Position numbers and translations under genes: made by a program. A stretch of DNA of 52,487 nt, counting the filler, from Sphacelaria rigidula (taxonomy: Eukaryota), in assembly GCA_964200075.2 (NCBI GenBank). It is 4 parts of 4 records of this genome, joined end to end, with 100 filler letters (N's around TTAATTAATTAA, not from the genome) between each part and the next. Parts side by side here need not be neighbours in the genome. Positions count along the whole stretch, not along the records: positions 39,442 to 52,487 come from CAXNAA020003207.1; 3 more parts are not named here. One strand, given 5' to 3'. The notes under the pieces are model-generated. The model saw only the letters and a program-made list of their open reading frames with translations, did no database searches and was not told the origin of the DNA. How positions within the stretch are numbered: position 1 is the stretch's first letter; each line of letters opens with the position of its first letter. This document shows positions 48,157-52,487 of this stretch, one piece after another.

Positions 48157-48785
48157 AAACTTTTACGCAACATCAAAAGAAGTGGACTGCGAGGGTCGTT
48201 TCCGCTTCAAGTGCTCTGTGGATGGAGAAAAGAGCAGTGAGACAAGCTGAACCTGTATGTCAAGTGAGATCACCTCGAGAACGAGTTGTACTCCGCTGGA
48301 AAACGATATACTCCTAGGAGTCAGCGTACTGTAACGTAAAACACCGAAGCCACCAGCTGCACCAGAAGCGTAGGAAATATTCAAAACCGACAGTCTCTCC
48401 TGTACCGCGATTTTGGACAGTACTCAACAACGTCCTGTGCAACGATTTCCCAACGTTGCACTAGACCACCCGGCCAGAGACGACTATCGGAGAGATTGCT
48501 ACTCTTCCGCTTTTAACTGCACGCGGGTTAGCCGACGTTGGTCGTGCGTTCAAGTGCGTTGGGGTCTCTCGCTGTAATATTTACTACTCGAGTTGTGTGC
48601 CAGTTTAAAACGCCTTACCGACGTGCGTCAATTATTGATTCTTGAACGAAGCACTGGCACGAAAAAGTTGCCATTGCGTACGGAAAGTAGTTCGACGATG
48701 TGATTACAGGCTACTGTGTCTGTCCTGGGTCTCCACCTCGCTGTTCGAAGGAGCCTGGCAAGCGAAATGCCTGCTGAGAGGCCGA

Positions 48786-50305
48786 CTAGCTGAGTGTGGT
48801 TTGCGCGACGTGGCGGTGACAACACTGCCGTGTTATCATTCCGTCGTGACCTAGGTTGGACTGATTCTGCACGTGATCTTCCCACGGGGTCTGGCAAGAT
48901 TTATCACTCCGGCTCTGTCGATTGCCGGGTGATGGAAGTCGGTCGAAGTCTGACATGGCCTCAAAGTGATCCCCTTTCAGCGCGATAGCAGGCCTTGGAA
49001 CTTCTCCCTGTGTTTCTAGGTTGGGGCCGAATGTCAACTCCTTGGACGAAGTCCCACCTCCAACCGTTCGCCCATCTCCGTCACGTTTCCACATTGTCTG
49101 ACAACTTTTCTCCCTGCGGGTTGAACGACTAGCTGTCTGTGATCGGTGCGACGTATGAGTCACGCTCCTGTCCGTTGTATCCCCCGCCGTCATGATGTCA
49201 ATGGGTTTTGACACAGGTTGGATTGGCGCTGCTTTTGCATCAGCGCGATCACTCCAGGGCGTTTGACAAGATTCATCACTTCGCCTGCGTTCCTTGTCCC
49301 TCTCGAGGCCAATGGGTTTTGACAGAGGTTGGGCTGGCACGGCTTTTACATCAACGCGATCACTCCAGGGCGTTTGACAAGATTCATCACTTCGCCTGCG
49401 TTCCTTGCCCCTCTTGAGGTCAATGGGTTTTGACAGAGGTTGGGCTGGCACGGCTTTTACATCATCACGATCACTCCAGGGCGTTTGACAAGATTCATCA
49501 CTTCGCCTGCGTTCCTTGCCCCTCTTGAGGTCAATGAATTTTGACAGAGGTTGGGCTGGCACGGCTTTTACATCAGTCCGATCGTTCCATGGGGTTTGAC
49601 AAGATTTATCACTTCGCCTGTGTTCCTTGCCAGCTGATATGCGTAGTGTCGGTGCTGACGTGCTTGTCTCGCAGATACCCCCATTTTGTGTGTCAGAAGG
49701 AGGACTGACATCTTCCGGTACCCGTACGTTGGGATCAGTGCGTAACCCTCGCGACAAACGCTGATCAAAAATCGTGGAGGGTGACGCGACCGGACCAAGC
49801 ACACCGATATCATGCAGGGCGCGTTCCTTTTCCCCTCTCTTATCTCGATCACACCCGCAACTTTTACTGCATACCTCGTCACCAGGGATTGTGTCGGATC
49901 GCGCCCCGGTATCTTGTGGCGCGACAGCGTCTAGGGGTGATATGATGTAGTTACTTTTTTCACACGTCGGGTTCTCATTTTCTTTCTCATCCACGTCCGT
50001 CCCTTTCGGCAACTCGGTTGGTTCTGCTACCTGGTCCCTGCGCTCATCGCTATATCCCTGCTCTTCGCCCACCGAGCGGTTCACGTCCTGGCCCCGATCA
50101 ATGCCATTTCCCAAGGACTGCGTCTCGCTGCCGACGGAATCCAGCGTTTGTTTGGACGTAGCCGCTTTCTTGTTACTATCGACAACCGGTAGATTTATTT
50201 CCTCGGCTTGGTTGACAGGACCATGTGCTCCAAGTTCAGCACGGCCATGCACTATCGAAGCAGAAGCTCCTGACTCGTCTCCCTCATCCAACTTAACCGC
50301 GCTCT
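48786..50305 (-). CDS. Large exon of an intrinsically disordered protein with four 37-aa tandem repeats
   Basis: 520-codon ORF with a probable acceptor CCTCAG just upstream of 50305 on the minus strand. 111-bp repeats at about 49196-49630 encode KERRRSDESCQTPWSDRxDVKAVPAQPLSKPIDLKRG. Confidence 0.65.
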
Positions 50306-51099
50306 CTGAGGTAGAGTAGTAATCAACATTTAGACAAAAAAACATCACTTAATCGTTTTTGTTTTCGCATTTCTATTTTCATTCAGAATCGATAGCTGTT
50401 GGGCGAAGAAATAGGTCGTTCAGAGGAACCAGTTCCCAACTTGGTGTTGTCGGGGCAATACGTGGCGAATGACCCATTTCGTGGGGGGGGTCATTGGCAA
50501 TATTTTGCTTCATATACACGGTTTTTTGGCCACAGCGCAATGAATATCAGGACGTTTAAAAAGCATAGTGATGGCGTGAGCCATGCGACTGTTTACTATA
50601 ATGATGGGCTTTGGTTCGAGCTGAAGTTTCAAAGAGCTATATTTGAGGCTGTATCTCGGGACCCCGACGATTGGTTAGCCTGGTCGTTGTGGCAAATGCG
50701 CGGCAATGACAAAAATATTACACACATACTCTACGGAAACCTGAATCACAAGATCTACGGGTTTTAAAGTCGCGTGGAAAAAGAAGTGTGTGAGTTTATG
50801 ACCTCATGTCACTGTATTCGCCTGTTTGTGTGTGGACGAGGTGGTTATTGACACATTCAAATGCTTTTTTTTCAACACTATGTGGTGTTCGTAAAAAAAT
50901 CGATAATCTTACATGTGGAAATATTCTCCTCCCGGTATTTGTGTCCGGTACTAATCCCAAAGGTGGCATCACACGCTTGTCAGGATAAGCGTTGATGGTG
51001 AAAACCCCTGAAAAATGCGCTCCCAACCGAAAATAATTCAAAGGTTTACTACACTAGAACTCATTCGCATCGCTGCCAGGGGCGGGAAGACCAGGGACG

Positions 51100-51945
51100 A
51101 GCTTAGCGAGGTGCTCTGGGCCATGCTGTACGCCGACGACGCTGGTATCGCGTCGAGATGTTAATTAAGCCTGGCAGAGATGATGACTGCCATCGTCAAA
51201 GTTTGAGCGGCGTTCGGTCTCGTCCTGGCGAAGAAGACGAAAAGCATGCACATGCGCTCCCCATGAATGAAGGCGGACGGTGTCGAGGTGGAGGCAGCAG
51301 GCCAAAGGTACAAGCAAGCTGAGTCTCTCGTCTATCTCGGCAGGAAAATTAACAGCATCGTCGATGTCATCCATGATATGAAATGCTTCATCAGTCAAAC
51401 CTGAAAGTGCTTCATCGAGTGCAGCAGAGCGGTATACGACGCAACCCGTACATAGCCCTGACCTAAAACCTTCCCTCCCTGACGGCAGAGGTGATCGGGG
51501 TCATGCTGTACGGCTGCGTGACCTGGACACTCGCGCTTGATGATTTCGGCCCGCTGCGGAAAGCCCACCGCGGGTTCCTGCTAGGGTGCCTCAACGACTG
51601 TACTTCAACCCGCAGCGCCCCCGACTACCACACATGCTGCCATACCGGAGATTCTTGAGAGGACTGGCTACCATTGCATCGTGGCTACCGGGATGACGTA
51701 AGTCCTTCTATGCGCCGGGCGCATCGGGCGCATGCACGACGAGCGTCTCCCCAACATTGTTATGCGTCGAAGAATGGTCGGAACGGAGACGTAGCCAGGC
51801 CACCGGCGAAACGCTTGCAACATCATGTTTCTGAGTGCTACGCCACCTTTGGAATAGATGCCACGTCATGGATGCAGAGCGCCCAAGATGCGTCCAGGTG
51901 GTACCGGGTCGTGCAGGACTTGGCTAAGAAGTGCATGGCAGATTA
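51100..51945 (+). mobile_element. 5'-truncated degenerate RTE-like LINE fragment
   Basis: EVLWAMLYADDAGIASR, SLAEMMTAIVKV*AAFGL, VEAAGQRYKQAESLVYL and MLYGCVTWTL. A different family from the C-tailed LINE. Confidence 0.8.
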
Positions 51946-52426
51946 GACCAATACGCGCCATACAAAGAACATTTTATCGCAATACCAGTAGAGTCCCCGT
52001 AGTGTAAGCAGGTCGCCGAAATGTAACGAGCAGCCCATCACGCAGTATACTCGCTGATGCGTCTGCCGTCTTCCTGGAAAGTGTGTTGATTTTTCTCCAT
52101 GGGTATCTGGGGATATTGCTCGATTCTCGTTTAGCAACCGATTTGTTCGTTTATTGTGTTGGCAGATATGATTTTTTTTGTTTCACCACACCCTGACCAA
52201 CTCGAGGGGGGTGATTTTTTCTCTTCTGTTGTCTTGACGTCTCTTTGTTATTGTTCCTAACTTTTTTTTTCGCATCAACTTTTTGGAGTCTCAGAAGAAA
52301 CCGCTCAACGAGGGCTTCCATCTCATGCAAGGAAACGTAGTGTCGATCATGGAAAGGCGAACCTACCTCTGCGTCCAAGTCAAAAGATTGGGCTAATGTG
52401 CGGGAATTAAAATGGCATTATAATGA

Positions 52427-52427
<1 letters not shown>

Positions 52428-52478
<51 letters not shown>

Positions 52479-52487
52479 GTTATTATT
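52428..52487 (+). repeat. (ATT)n microsatellite at contig end
   Basis: Directly visible run. Confidence 0.95.

Overview
Eukaryotic, intron-containing and transposon-rich DNA. Gene content, intron sizes and repeat style suggest a brown alga or related stramenopile (inference). The window is not one locus. It is four separate contigs of 13048, 13047, 13046 and 13046 bp (1-13048, 13149-26195, 26296-39341, 39442-52487) joined by artificial 100-bp N44-TTAATTAATTAA-N44 spacers. Contig 1 has the last two exons of a CFAP52/WDR16-like WD40 gene, a three-exon ERMARD/C6orf70 (DUF4209)-like gene and a decayed LINE. Contig 2 has no confident gene, but carries a hAT relic, a GAG..CTC element with a 4-bp TSD and a decayed CXC/chromo-like ORF. 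Contig 3 has a chain of C-tailed LINE copies, a decayed APE+RT LINE, two IQ-motif exons and a dimeric minisatellite. Contig 4 has an Orn/Lys/Arg decarboxylase gene (12 exons traced, one GC-AG intron), DNA transposon relics, a large exon with 37-aa repeats bearing LC8-like SCQT motifs, and an RTE-type LINE fragment. The most notable signals are a LINE family whose copies end in C-rich tracts and stack head-to-tail, the candidate multivalent LC8-binding repeat protein, and Sola-like MITEs. I could not support any new multi-gene system.
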